Below are positions 29,713 to 38,188 of a DNA stretch of 64,000 bases, one piece after another. The stretch comes from Cyanobacteriota bacterium (GTDB taxonomy: Bacteria > Cyanobacteriota > Cyanobacteriia > Thermostichales > Thermostichaceae). Below the pieces are notes generated by a model that did not search any database, was not told the DNA's origin, and saw only the letters and a list, made by a program, of their open reading frames with translations. The stretch covers positions 10,534 to 74,533 of the forward strand of contig JANRIL010000031.1 in the NCBI GenBank assembly GCA_033764955.1, written 5' to 3'. The first letter of the stretch is position 1; each line of letters starts with the position of its first letter. A program made the position numbers and the translations under genes.

Positions 29713-32546
29713 AGTTCGGCTGGATCTACTCCGTCCGGGGCAAGTGGCATCAGTAAGCGCGTAATATTTCGCCCGTCTTGGGCTTGATAAAAGGTTAACT
29801 GTCCACCCATGCGATGGATGACCCGCTGACAGAGGCTCAGTTCTTGACCGGGGCTAAGTTTCAGGATAGAAGGAGCCAACGGATCCGCATAAACTACCAT
29901 TTCGGGATCCAACTGCAACGCCTGCATCAAGGCGGGATCAAACTCCCCCCCATCCGCCAGCACTAGCTCCAAAAAGCCCGAATTATCCTGATTCCAGATC
30001 TCCAGCCGTCCTTCTTCCGGGCTACGGAGTGCTGCCGCTGTCAAGATTTCGTAAAGCACCATTTCCAGCCGCCCCGGATCCCCCAGGATCGCCACTCCGG
30101 TATCCCCATGCACCCGCGGCCAGAGCTTGCGTTTTTGTACCAAACTTTCTAGGCGGCGTAGGGTGCGGCGGATCAGGGAGGCCACCGGCACGGAAACCCG
30201 TTCGGGATCCGGTTGCCAGCTTTCTGCTTTTAACAGGTGTTGGTTAGGAATCGTTAGATCCCGCAAACTACGGGCAATATCCACAACTTTTTGCCAACGG
30301 GAGTGCTCATCCCCTGGAGTTTCCTGTACTTGGCCAAGGCGCTTCAGGTTGTCCATCAGGGAGGCTTGATAGTCGAACAGTCGCCGATGTTTGTACCAAT
30401 TCAGTTCGGTGAGAGCCTCACTTCGCTGCATGAGGGTTTGGCTCCACAGCAGGCGTTGGAGGGCGGCACTGGTGATGCTAGCTAAAAGCGCCACCGCTGC
30501 TCGTTCCTCCGGCTCCCAGACATGTCCGGCCTCTGCTCCCAAAACCAGTACCCCTTGCGAGCCAATGTTCATGCCCAACACCCGCCCCAGTCCGGCGGCA
30601 CTCAACCAACCACGGGTGGCTGAGGTCAGTTGCTCCACCCCAAAATCTTGGGGTTCCGAGGCATGGAGGCAGTGCCCAATTAAGGGATCCCGCAGCAGAT
30701 CCACCTCTGTTCCCGCCACCAGCTTAAAGTCAGCACTGGTGCTAAAGGGATCCTGCACATAGCCCTTGGGATCCCCCGGCTGCCACACCACCGCCACCCC
30801 CAAAGAGGCTCCCAACAACTGAGCCGCTCCCTGAGCAAGGGTGGCATAAAGTTCGGCGGGCGTGGTTAGGCTTTGCAGAAAGAGGGCATTTTGAATCAAA
30901 CCATCCAGGAGTTGAGCCTGCTGCTGTTGCAGTTGGGTGAGATTGGATTGACGGAGGGCTAAGCCGATTTGTTGCGCCACCGCCCGCACCAGTTGTCGCT
31001 CCTCTCGTCCCCACGCACGCAACTGTTGGTGGGTCACCAAAATAGCCCCATCAATGGGTTGACTGGTGGGCTGATCCTCCGTTCCCGTCTGAGCCAGCAG
31101 GACGGAACGCGCCCCGGTTTCGGTTAATTCCTGTCGCCACGACAGTAGCCGCAGATCTTGGTTGTAGTTCTCCGCTACCACCGCATCCATCCGCATCAAA
31201 TCCTCCCAATCCTGGGGGCTAAGAGATGCAAAGCGCTTGGGAAAGGGCTTTTTGCCTTCGTTACGGTGTTCGTGAAAGAGGCGAAAGGTTTGGGAGGTGG
31301 GATCAAACAGCAAAATGCCACAGGCGGAGGCATGTAATCGCTGGCAAATTTCCACCGCCACCTGTTGCAGGATCTGCACCAAATCCATTTGGGCATAGAT
31401 GGCTCGGTTAATCTGGGCGATCAAGGCTTGGTGACCTTGCACCTGCTGAATCTTGATCTCCAGTTGATCGAGAGGAGCGGCTAAGCTCAGCCAATTGGCA
31501 GCCCCAGCGATCATCTGCCGTTCCACATCCGGCCAAGGACGAGGCACCTCTGACTCAACACTGATAAATCCCATCAAATCTCCCGCCAGCACAATCGGAG
31601 CGGCCAAAATCGCTTGGGCACGCAATTGTTGCATCAACTTAGGAGTCACTTCAGAGCGGGTAGTCCCCATGGCTTCCGCCGCTGCCACCACCTGTCCATC
31701 CGCCAGGGTATAGTACATATCCCCCAGATCGCGGGTGGTCAAGATGTGGCTAGATTTTGCATCATTGGCGGGGGATCCCTTACCCTTTCCCAAATTGGGG
31801 GGAAGATTTACCGCCCCCTTCCCGGCTAGGGGTGAACCTCCCCAGCGCAGGACAAACTGCATATTTTCCCGTTCAAACCAATACACCCGCACCCGTCCCA
31901 CACCCATGAAGGTTTGCAACTGGTTGATCACCGCCTCCACCCGTTCATCCAAGGTGGGCAGATCCCGCATGGCAGTGCCCAACGTGATTAAGGGATCATC
32001 CACCCGCCGCTCGGTTTGCTGCTTCCACATGGTTTCCAGTTGTTGCAGGGAGGCGGACAGTTGTCCTAAGAGGATCCCCAGGAGGGCTTTTTCTTCGTCG
32101 CTGGTGGTGATCCCCCACACCTGGGATCCCAACATCAGCACCCCTTGACAGCGCCGTTGCCCCCGCATCGGATAGATCAAACAGCCTTGAATACCCCCCA
32201 GTCGCTTGGCTTCCCGTTGCCAGATGCCCATGCGGGGTTCCTGCGACATATCCGGCAGACTAATCGGTCGCTGCTCAATCACCACCTGTTCCATGATTTC
32301 CCCCGGTTGCAGGGGAAAAGCCGCCTGTAAGATGGAGCCATCCTCCAAGAGGGTAACCCCCCCTTGTCCCACAAGCTGATGGTTGGCATAGTCATAGATG
32401 GCTAACCAAATCAGGGGAGCCACAAAAATATTGCGGATGTAGTCGAGGGTTAGCTCAATCAAAATTTTGGCATCGGTTTGCTCACGCATTTGTTGCAAGA
32501 CCGTTTGCAGAGCCACCAAGGGTTTGTCAGCGATGGATTGAACCAT
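29709..32546 (-). CDS. Multi-GAF protein with degenerate histidine-kinase module
   Basis: Repeated GAF endings (RPWPDVERQ, RAWGREERQLV, HVWEPEER), WYKHRR, and HATPase-like C-terminus with eroded N/G boxes. Confidence 0.8.
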   Translation of the reverse strand: MVQSIADKPLVALQTVLQQMREQTDAKILIELTLDYIRNIFVAPLIWLAIYDYANHQLVGQGGVTLLEDGSILQAAFPLQPGEIMEQVVIEQRPISLPDMSQEPRMGIWQREAKRLGGIQGCLIYPMRGQRRCQGVLMLGSQVWGITTSDEEKALLGILLGQLSASLQQLETMWKQQTERRVDDPLITLGTAMRDLPTLDERVEAVINQLQTFMGVGRVRVYWFERENMQFVLRWGGSPLAGKGAVNLPPNLGKGKGSPANDAKSSHILTTRDLGDMYYTLADGQVVAAAEAMGTTRSEVTPKLMQQLRAQAILAAPIVLAGDLMGFISVESEVPRPWPDVERQMIAGAANWLSLAAPLDQLEIKIQQVQGHQALIAQINRAIYAQMDLVQILQQVAVEICQRLHASACGILLFDPTSQTFRLFHEHRNEGKKPFPKRFASLSPQDWEDLMRMDAVVAENYNQDLRLLSWRQELTETGARSVLLAQTGTEDQPTSQPIDGAILVTHQQLRAWGREERQLVRAVAQQIGLALRQSNLTQLQQQQAQLLDGLIQNALFLQSLTTPAELYATLAQGAAQLLGASLGVAVVWQPGDPKGYVQDPFSTSADFKLVAGTEVDLLRDPLIGHCLHASEPQDFGVEQLTSATRGWLSAAGLGRVLGMNIGSQGVLVLGAEAGHVWEPEERAAVALLASITSAALQRLLWSQTLMQRSEALTELNWYKHRRLFDYQASLMDNLKRLGQVQETPGDEHSRWQKVVDIARSLRDLTIPNQHLLKAESWQPDPERVSVPVASLIRRTLRRLESLVQKRKLWPRVHGDTGVAILGDPGRLEMVLYEILTAAALRSPEEGRLEIWNQDNSGFLELVLADGGEFDPALMQALQLDPEMVVYADPLAPSILKLSPGQELSLCQRVIHRMGGQLTFYQAQDGRNITRLLMPLAPDGVDPAEL

Positions 32547-32659
32547 AGGAAATCGAGGCGGGAGAGGGAGTGGGGGTGGGCTTCGTCGAGGCAAGGGCTG
32601 TCTCGTTTAGAAAGCCCTAAGCTTTAAGGTTAGCCTGAGTTTTTTGGGATTGCTGCCCT

Positions 32660-33319
32660 CTATTCTGTGATCGCTAACAATTCGTTGGCGAGTTCCAGAA
32701 AAAGATCCCGGTCAAGATAGGAAATATCCCCCACCCATTCCCCTAACTTGACCACATAAACTTCTGTCAAAACGGCACGGCGTTCTAAATCTCGAGAATA
32801 AGCTTTCACCAACCCAATCACCGATTGCCGCTTGACAATGCCATTGTAGCGGGGCATGTCTCTCGCCCGCACGCGGTAGGTTAAGCCTGTTTCATCCCCC
32901 ACTTCCATCTCAAATTGTCGCTCCCGCACCTCCTCGATATAAAGCTCTCCATTCTCATCCAGTTTTTCCCGTTCCTCGATGACTACATTGACCCGACGAG
33001 TTCGCATCACTTGACCAAAAAAAATGCCCGCGTAGGGGATGTCTCGGAAGGCCAGGTTGCGGCGGGAAATCACAAAAACAGGTCCCCACAAAAACGGATA
33101 GAGCAGGGAGAGGATGCCAATCAGGAAGAATACCAGGCCAAAAAAGTTGTTGTCTCCAAAAGGACGAGACACGATTAAACAGGCTACTCCCACCAGAATG
33201 GCGGTGATAATCCGTCCGGTTGAATTGAGGGCATCACTCCAATAGTTGCTGTATTGAATGCGGGTCGGCACAATCGGAATCACCGACTGGGCTTCTTCGG
33301 GGGTTAGCTCCAGCAGCAT
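32660..33319 (-). CDS. Conserved cyanobacterial hypothetical membrane protein
   Basis: IPIVPT..QY..YW, two TM helices, WGPV..SRRN and EVGDETG motifs. Confidence 0.75.
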   Translation of the reverse strand: MLLELTPEEAQSVIPIVPTRIQYSNYWSDALNSTGRIITAILVGVACLIVSRPFGDNNFFGLVFFLIGILSLLYPFLWGPVFVISRRNLAFRDIPYAGIFFGQVMRTRRVNVVIEEREKLDENGELYIEEVRERQFEMEVGDETGLTYRVRARDMPRYNGIVKRQSVIGLVKAYSRDLERRAVLTEVYVVKLGEWVGDISYLDRDLFLELANELLAITE

Positions 33320-33521
33320 AATGGGTGCTCACTTGAGGATCCATAAATTTACGCCTATACGCTCAGCCCTGCCCTTAAAATTGAGCAGGTATGCGGGGCA
33401 GACTCCACCCTCTCATCAGGGAGAGAACAGGTCAAGGGGATGCTCCCAGCCTTGATGGCTATCTCTCAAGACCCATCCCTCAAGGCTCATTGTTCAACGG
33501 CAATATCTCACAGTTTTTGGG

Positions 33522-34106
33522 GTGCTTATCGTGACAAGTCTTTCGGATCCGCCAGCTTCTGACCAACCCAGCCGCCTCTATTATGCCGTGCGGGGATCCC
33601 GGCGGACCAGCGTTTATTTTTGGGCGATCGCTCTGACGGGGGGCAGTCTGGGTTTCACGCTGGCCGGAATTTCTAGCTATCTGGGTCAAAACCTCTTGCC
33701 CTTTACTGAAACCGCCAATCTGATCTTTATTCCCCAAGGGATCACGATGCTGTTTTATGGTCTGGCGGGATCCCTAGCGGGTCTATATCAGTGGTTGAGC
33801 CTCTATTGGGATCTAGGGGGCGGCTATAACCAGTTTGATCGGGTGACGGGCAAGGTGGAAATCCTGCGGCGCGGTTTCCCCGGCAAGGATCGACAGGTGA
33901 AGCTGGTTTATGACTTTGCGGATGTGCAAAATGTGCGGGTGGAGTTGAAGGAGGGCTTAAACCCCAAACGAGCCATTTATTTGCGGGTGAAAGGTCGCGG
34001 TGATATTCCCCTTACCCCTGTGGGGCAGCCTGCTGCTTTGGCGGATATAGAGAACCAAGCCGCCGAGATTGCTCGCTTTTTGAATGTCAGTCTGGAAGGA
34101 ATTTAA
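33522..34106 (+). CDS. ycf4: Photosystem I assembly protein Ycf4
   Basis: GSRR.S.YFWA, FIPQGITMLFYG, GGYNQFD, RRGFPGKDR and AAEIARFL motifs. Confidence 0.97.
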   Translation: MLIVTSLSDPPASDQPSRLYYAVRGSRRTSVYFWAIALTGGSLGFTLAGISSYLGQNLLPFTETANLIFIPQGITMLFYGLAGSLAGLYQWLSLYWDLGGGYNQFDRVTGKVEILRRGFPGKDRQVKLVYDFADVQNVRVELKEGLNPKRAIYLRVKGRGDIPLTPVGQPAALADIENQAAEIARFLNVSLEGI

Positions 34107-34262
34107 GGTTGGGTTGCCCCAGGATCCCGAGTCTTGAGGGGGGGAGGAAGTCTGGGTTAAGAGGAGGCAAGAGTTAAGGGAGCGTTATTCTGGGAGAGGT
34201 GAGGGATCCCTCACCATATCTGAGACTATTTGAGAACACCTGAGTTTGATATCTCAGGCTGT

Positions 34263-34311
34263 ATGGACGGGATCTTTTATCCTTCACGTCCACTGCTGCG
34301 AATGGTTAGGA
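34263..34311 (-). mobile_element. Truncated second attC-like site
   Basis: Minus strand TCCTAAC-CATTCGCAGCAGTGGACG...CGTCCAT gives the R'' box, L''-like arm and inner hairpin; L'/R' arm missing. Confidence 0.55.
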
Positions 34312-34370
34312 AACGCAGACCCAGACAAGCCACCTCACTCACCTAGAACATTCTTGCCTGGGGATCCGAA

Positions 34371-34457
34371 CCCTAACGTTCGCGCTCGCCGGACGCAGAT
34401 AATATTTGCAGATCAGCCAACCATTTAGGACGTTCCGGTGCAGCGCGGTTGTTAGCC
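34371..34457 (-). mobile_element. Integron attC recombination site (87 bp)
   Basis: Minus strand GGCTAAC-AAC-CGCGCTGCACCGGAACG...CGTCCGGCGAGCGCG-AAC-GTTAGGG: R''/R' boxes and L boxes with unpaired bases, 6 bp after the ORF stop. Confidence 0.85.
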
Positions 34458-35340
34458 TGCTGATCACCGCATCCTTGCATACATACTCTCAACCTCTTTA
34501 TCATATATTTTTGACAAGACACTTTTGGGAGAAGCTAGTTCTACAAGACTACGTACATCAATAAGTAATTCTCCAGAATCTCTCAAAAAAAAACCAACAG
34601 GAATTTTTGGAAAATTCTTATCATTCACGAAGATCATAAAACGATGCCCCCAAATCATAAAGCTTTGAACAGTGAATATTTGATCGTATTTCCTAGGGGG
34701 AAATCCTATGATCATGCCTGGATGAAAAACTTTATCAAGTTCATATCTCGAAACCATAATTGGATAGTTTTTTTCGCCTGGAACATCCTCATCAAATAAC
34801 TTTTGTCTTAATTTCTCTTCATAAATACCCAAGCTATATGACTCAAAGAATGGGTCAGATGTTACAGACATCCGCCACAAAATAGATAGAATTGCTAACT
34901 TAAATTCTTTGTACCAAATACCTTCGACCTTGAAGAGGTTTTCACCTATATGGTTTATGGTTAAAAATTCACTCTTTTGATTCCCAATATCAATTAAATC
35001 TCTTTTTAGAGCTGACTCTCGTTTAGAAAATTTTTGCTCGCAACCTCCACAAAGCAATTTTTCTCGAAAACCTTTTCGAATAAATTTGAGTTCGGAATAC
35101 TCCATAGAGATAGGCACTGCTCTATGTCTTTTATCATAAACACCTTCGTAAAATGCTTCTGATATGATGTGAGATTCTCTCAAGTCATGTTTTTGTTGAC
35201 AAAGCTTACAAACCATCATTTAGCTGTTTAACTCAATAATGCAGAACAGTTTATTTGTTTTTATAGTATGGCTGAACTAAATCTGGGTACTCACTGATAA
35301 CATTTAGGGACTGTCCTTATCCTGAGACAAAGCAGGCTAA
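34377..35340 (-). mobile_element. Integron-type gene cassette (about 964 bp), no integrase in window
   Basis: Starts G|TTAGCCTGCT (35341-35331), exactly complementary to AGCAGGCTAAC at its own R''; a single low-GC ORF followed by attC. Confidence 0.8.
34464..35219 (-). CDS. Hypothetical cassette protein with HNH/His-Me-finger-like zinc motifs
   Basis: CKLC...SHII and LLCGGCEQKFS; markedly AT-rich. Confidence 0.7.
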   Translation of the reverse strand: MMVCKLCQQKHDLRESHIISEAFYEGVYDKRHRAVPISMEYSELKFIRKGFREKLLCGGCEQKFSKRESALKRDLIDIGNQKSEFLTINHIGENLFKVEGIWYKEFKLAILSILWRMSVTSDPFFESYSLGIYEEKLRQKLFDEDVPGEKNYPIMVSRYELDKVFHPGMIIGFPPRKYDQIFTVQSFMIWGHRFMIFVNDKNFPKIPVGFFLRDSGELLIDVRSLVELASPKSVLSKIYDKEVESMYARMR

Positions 35341-35430
35341 CAATTCCATAAGCTGCTACACCACTACCCCTAGTGTGAGATTTTCACTAAATTTTCATAG
35401 ATCACGAGAAAACTGGGGAGAGTCGTTTTC

Positions 35431-35665
35431 CCCAATCCCTTATTTCCCTGATCGGGATGACTCCTCTACCTGCACTTGTCCATGTCGGACATGATGCCGA
35501 GTTTCAGTGGGATCCCAGCTTGATGTCGGTAAACGGGATCCCTTTTTCGGTCAAGAGGTTGACGGCTCGCAGCCCCCAAGGACATTCATGGTCAGGCGTG
35601 GACATCCGATAAAGTTTTACCGTTGATCCAGTCGTTAAGGGGAAGGGGGTGATCAGAGTGGTCAT
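35431..35665 (-). pseudogene. Remnant of glutaredoxin-like/MauE-DoxX family gene
   Basis: MTTL...VKLYRMSTPDHECPWGLRAVNLLTEKGIPFTDIKL then GSH-stop (35504-35506) at a GGGATCCC site; AAGGAG RBS. Confidence 0.7.
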
Positions 35666-35706
35666 GAGGTCGTCTCCTTAGACATCGGCTTTTGTTGATA
35701 AACCAA

Positions 35707-35738
35707 CCCTAGACGCTGTCGTAGACTCTAGAGTCAAG
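35707..35738 (-). promoter_or_regulatory. MerR-type promoter for the glutaredoxin/MauE remnant
   Basis: TTGACT-N20-TAGGGT with an imperfect dyad (ACTCT..GT/AC..AGCGT) across the long spacer. Confidence 0.65.
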
Positions 35739-35784
35739 CGAAAAATGGCTTGAACCGCGGACAATAATTTCCTTGGCTCATGGT

Positions 35785-35816
35785 TTGACCCTCTACCCGA
35801 CTAGAGGGTTTATGCC
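35785..35816 (+). promoter_or_regulatory. MerR-type promoter, rightward
   Basis: TTGACC-N20-TATGCC with perfect dyad ACCCTCTA-N6-TAGAGGGT (35788-35809). Confidence 0.7.
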
Positions 35817-36149
35817 GGATAGACTGCGTGGAAAATTCGCCATGACGGTAACAGCCCTCTTAAGTGGCTACAGTAAACAGTTCTGAACAGTTAATTTGCC
35901 GAAACATACCCAATTGGCAGAAATTAAATCAACGATTTAGACTTGCAATAGAGCACTTTAATCTAGCTTCAGGGAAGAGCTGTTCGATACAGCATCATGG
36001 TACAACTGGTTGCAGGCATGAAGCTGATTCTGCTAGGGTTTGCTGGTCTGTTTGCCTGAATCCAAAATCGAACTGAACCCATTAATCTGAGAGAAAGTAC
36101 AGCAGTTCAGGCTCTCTCATAAACTGTAGTAACCCGTGAGAATCATCCA

Positions 36150-38186
36150 TTGCGAGATCTTTTAGCCCCGCTACTGCCACCAGAACCGATTACGGATCCG
36201 GTCGCAATTTTTCTTGTCATCATCGCAATTATGCTGGTGGCCCCGTTGCTATTCGAGCGGTTTCGATTGCCTGGTATTGTTGGTTTAATCCTGGCAGGAG
36301 TCGTGGTCGGACCGCATGGCTTTGGGGTTTTAGAGCGGGATAGCACGATTGTCCTCCTGGGGACCGTTGGACTGCTGTTTCTGATGTTTATGGCGGGGTT
36401 AGAAACCAGTCTGGATGACTTGAAATACAACGCTGATAAAGCCGTGATTTTTGGTTTGGCAACCTTTGCGGTGCCAATGGCGCTGGGTGTGGCAGCCATG
36501 ATGCTGTTGGGCTATTCCTTCCTAGCTGCTGTTTTAGTGGCTTCCTGCTTTGCCTCGCATACCTTGCTGGCATTACCGATCGTTAGCAAACTGGGAATTA
36601 TGCGATCGCAGGCTGTCACCGCTACCCTTGGTGGCACCTTAATTACGAATGTTTTAGCGTTGCTAGTACTAGCAGTTGTCGTTAGAGCACATCAAGGAAA
36701 TCTCACCCTCAGCTTTTGGCTGTTTCTAATTCCCTCTCTCAGCGTCTACACTGTGGCAACCCTCTGGGGTGTGCCTAGACTGGGGCGTTGGTTTTTCCGG
36801 CGCTTTGGGCATGACGAGGGTGCTGAGTTTACCTTTGTGGTCGCAGCGTTGTTTGTGGTGTCCTACGTTGCCAAACTGATTGAAATCGAACCCATCATCG
36901 GTGCATTTCTAGCAGGAATTGCAATTACTCAACTGATTCCCCAGATGAGTCCATTGATGAATCGAATTCAATTTATTGGTAACACGCTGTTTGTGCCATT
37001 CTTCTTGATCTCTGTGGGGATGCTGGTCAATCCCTTGATTCTGTTTCAAGAACCTCGATCGCTGCTCATCTCTGTCGTCATGGTGGGAGTAGCGCTGATT
37101 GCCAAGCTAGTCCCTGCCTGGGGTTCCAGCAAATTATTTCGCTTTGATTTCTCCAATATGATGGTCATGTTTGGGCTATCCGTTGCCCAGGCTGCGTCAA
37201 CCCTGGCAGCAATTACTGTTGCCTACAACATCAAGCTGGTGGATCAGCTCACGGTCAATGGCACGATCGCTATGATTCTGGTGACCTGTCTTGCCTCTCC
37301 CTGGATCACAGACCGCTGGGGGCAGAAAGTGAACTCTAGTCCTACCCCTAGCTATCCATTGCAATTGGCTGATCCGGCTCATGCTCCTTCTCAGTATCGA
37401 ATTTTGGTACCCATTGCAAATCCCAGTACGGAAGATAACCTGCTGCAACTTGCCTTGATTTTGGCAAAGAGTACCCATGGAATCTTGTTGCCGTTGCATG
37501 TATTGATCGACACCCATGGACCTATTTCAACTGAAGCCAAACTGCACCAAGAGCGGCTCTTGGCGGCGGCTGAAACGATTGCTCATGCTGCTGTGACTGC
37601 TGTGGAGCCGATCAGTCGGGTCGATGACTCAATTGATAAAGGTATTTTGAGAACAGCCCAAGAACGCAACGCTAACCTGATTATTTGTGGCTGGAAAGGG
37701 CATTCAAGCTATCAAGATAATTTCTTCGGCAGCGTCATCGATAACATTACTCGTCAGACTCCTGTTCCGATCCTGATTACTCGCTTTACTCACCCGATTC
37801 AGTCAACTCGGCGACTCTTTTTAACTATCTCCAATAGTGAAGCGACAATGCCCAGTTTCTGGCGAGCCCTGAGGCTTATGCAAACACTGGCTACTGAACT
37901 AAAAGCGTCTCTACAGATCTTGCAGGTTCTCCCGAATGCTCACTCAGCCAATGCAGCTCACGCCATTTCTAACTTAAGTGAGGAGGTGCCAGTTCAATAC
38001 GTGCGCGGCAACTTTGTGAATCAAGTATCCCGCATTCTAGAGATAGACGATCTGCTGGTCTTAACCCATCATTCCCGTTCAGAACCTTTCGGTATCCCCA
38101 CGGTGGGAGCACTGCCCACAGCGATCGCCCATCAGCATCCCACCATCTCGATGATCATTGCCCATTTTCCTCAGCAGCGGATTTAG
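36150..38186 (+). CDS. Cation:proton antiporter (CPA2 family) with C-terminal USP-like domains
   Basis: LPGIVGLILAG..VGP, LMFMAGLE, EPIIGAFLAG, FVPFFLISVG and RILVPIANP motifs. Confidence 0.92.
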   Translation: MRDLLAPLLPPEPITDPVAIFLVIIAIMLVAPLLFERFRLPGIVGLILAGVVVGPHGFGVLERDSTIVLLGTVGLLFLMFMAGLETSLDDLKYNADKAVIFGLATFAVPMALGVAAMMLLGYSFLAAVLVASCFASHTLLALPIVSKLGIMRSQAVTATLGGTLITNVLALLVLAVVVRAHQGNLTLSFWLFLIPSLSVYTVATLWGVPRLGRWFFRRFGHDEGAEFTFVVAALFVVSYVAKLIEIEPIIGAFLAGIAITQLIPQMSPLMNRIQFIGNTLFVPFFLISVGMLVNPLILFQEPRSLLISVVMVGVALIAKLVPAWGSSKLFRFDFSNMMVMFGLSVAQAASTLAAITVAYNIKLVDQLTVNGTIAMILVTCLASPWITDRWGQKVNSSPTPSYPLQLADPAHAPSQYRILVPIANPSTEDNLLQLALILAKSTHGILLPLHVLIDTHGPISTEAKLHQERLLAAAETIAHAAVTAVEPISRVDDSIDKGILRTAQERNANLIICGWKGHSSYQDNFFGSVIDNITRQTPVPILITRFTHPIQSTRRLFLTISNSEATMPSFWRALRLMQTLATELKASLQILQVLPNAHSANAAHAISNLSEEVPVQYVRGNFVNQVSRILEIDDLLVLTHHSRSEPFGIPTVGALPTAIAHQHPTISMIIAHFPQQRI

Positions 38187-38188
38187 CT

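Noticed and set aside
36050..36140. c-di-AMP, fluoride or nhaA-type riboswitch before the antiporter
   Set aside because: Only a short CTGAATCC resemblance; the other conserved elements are absent, so it is kept only as an unassigned candidate leader
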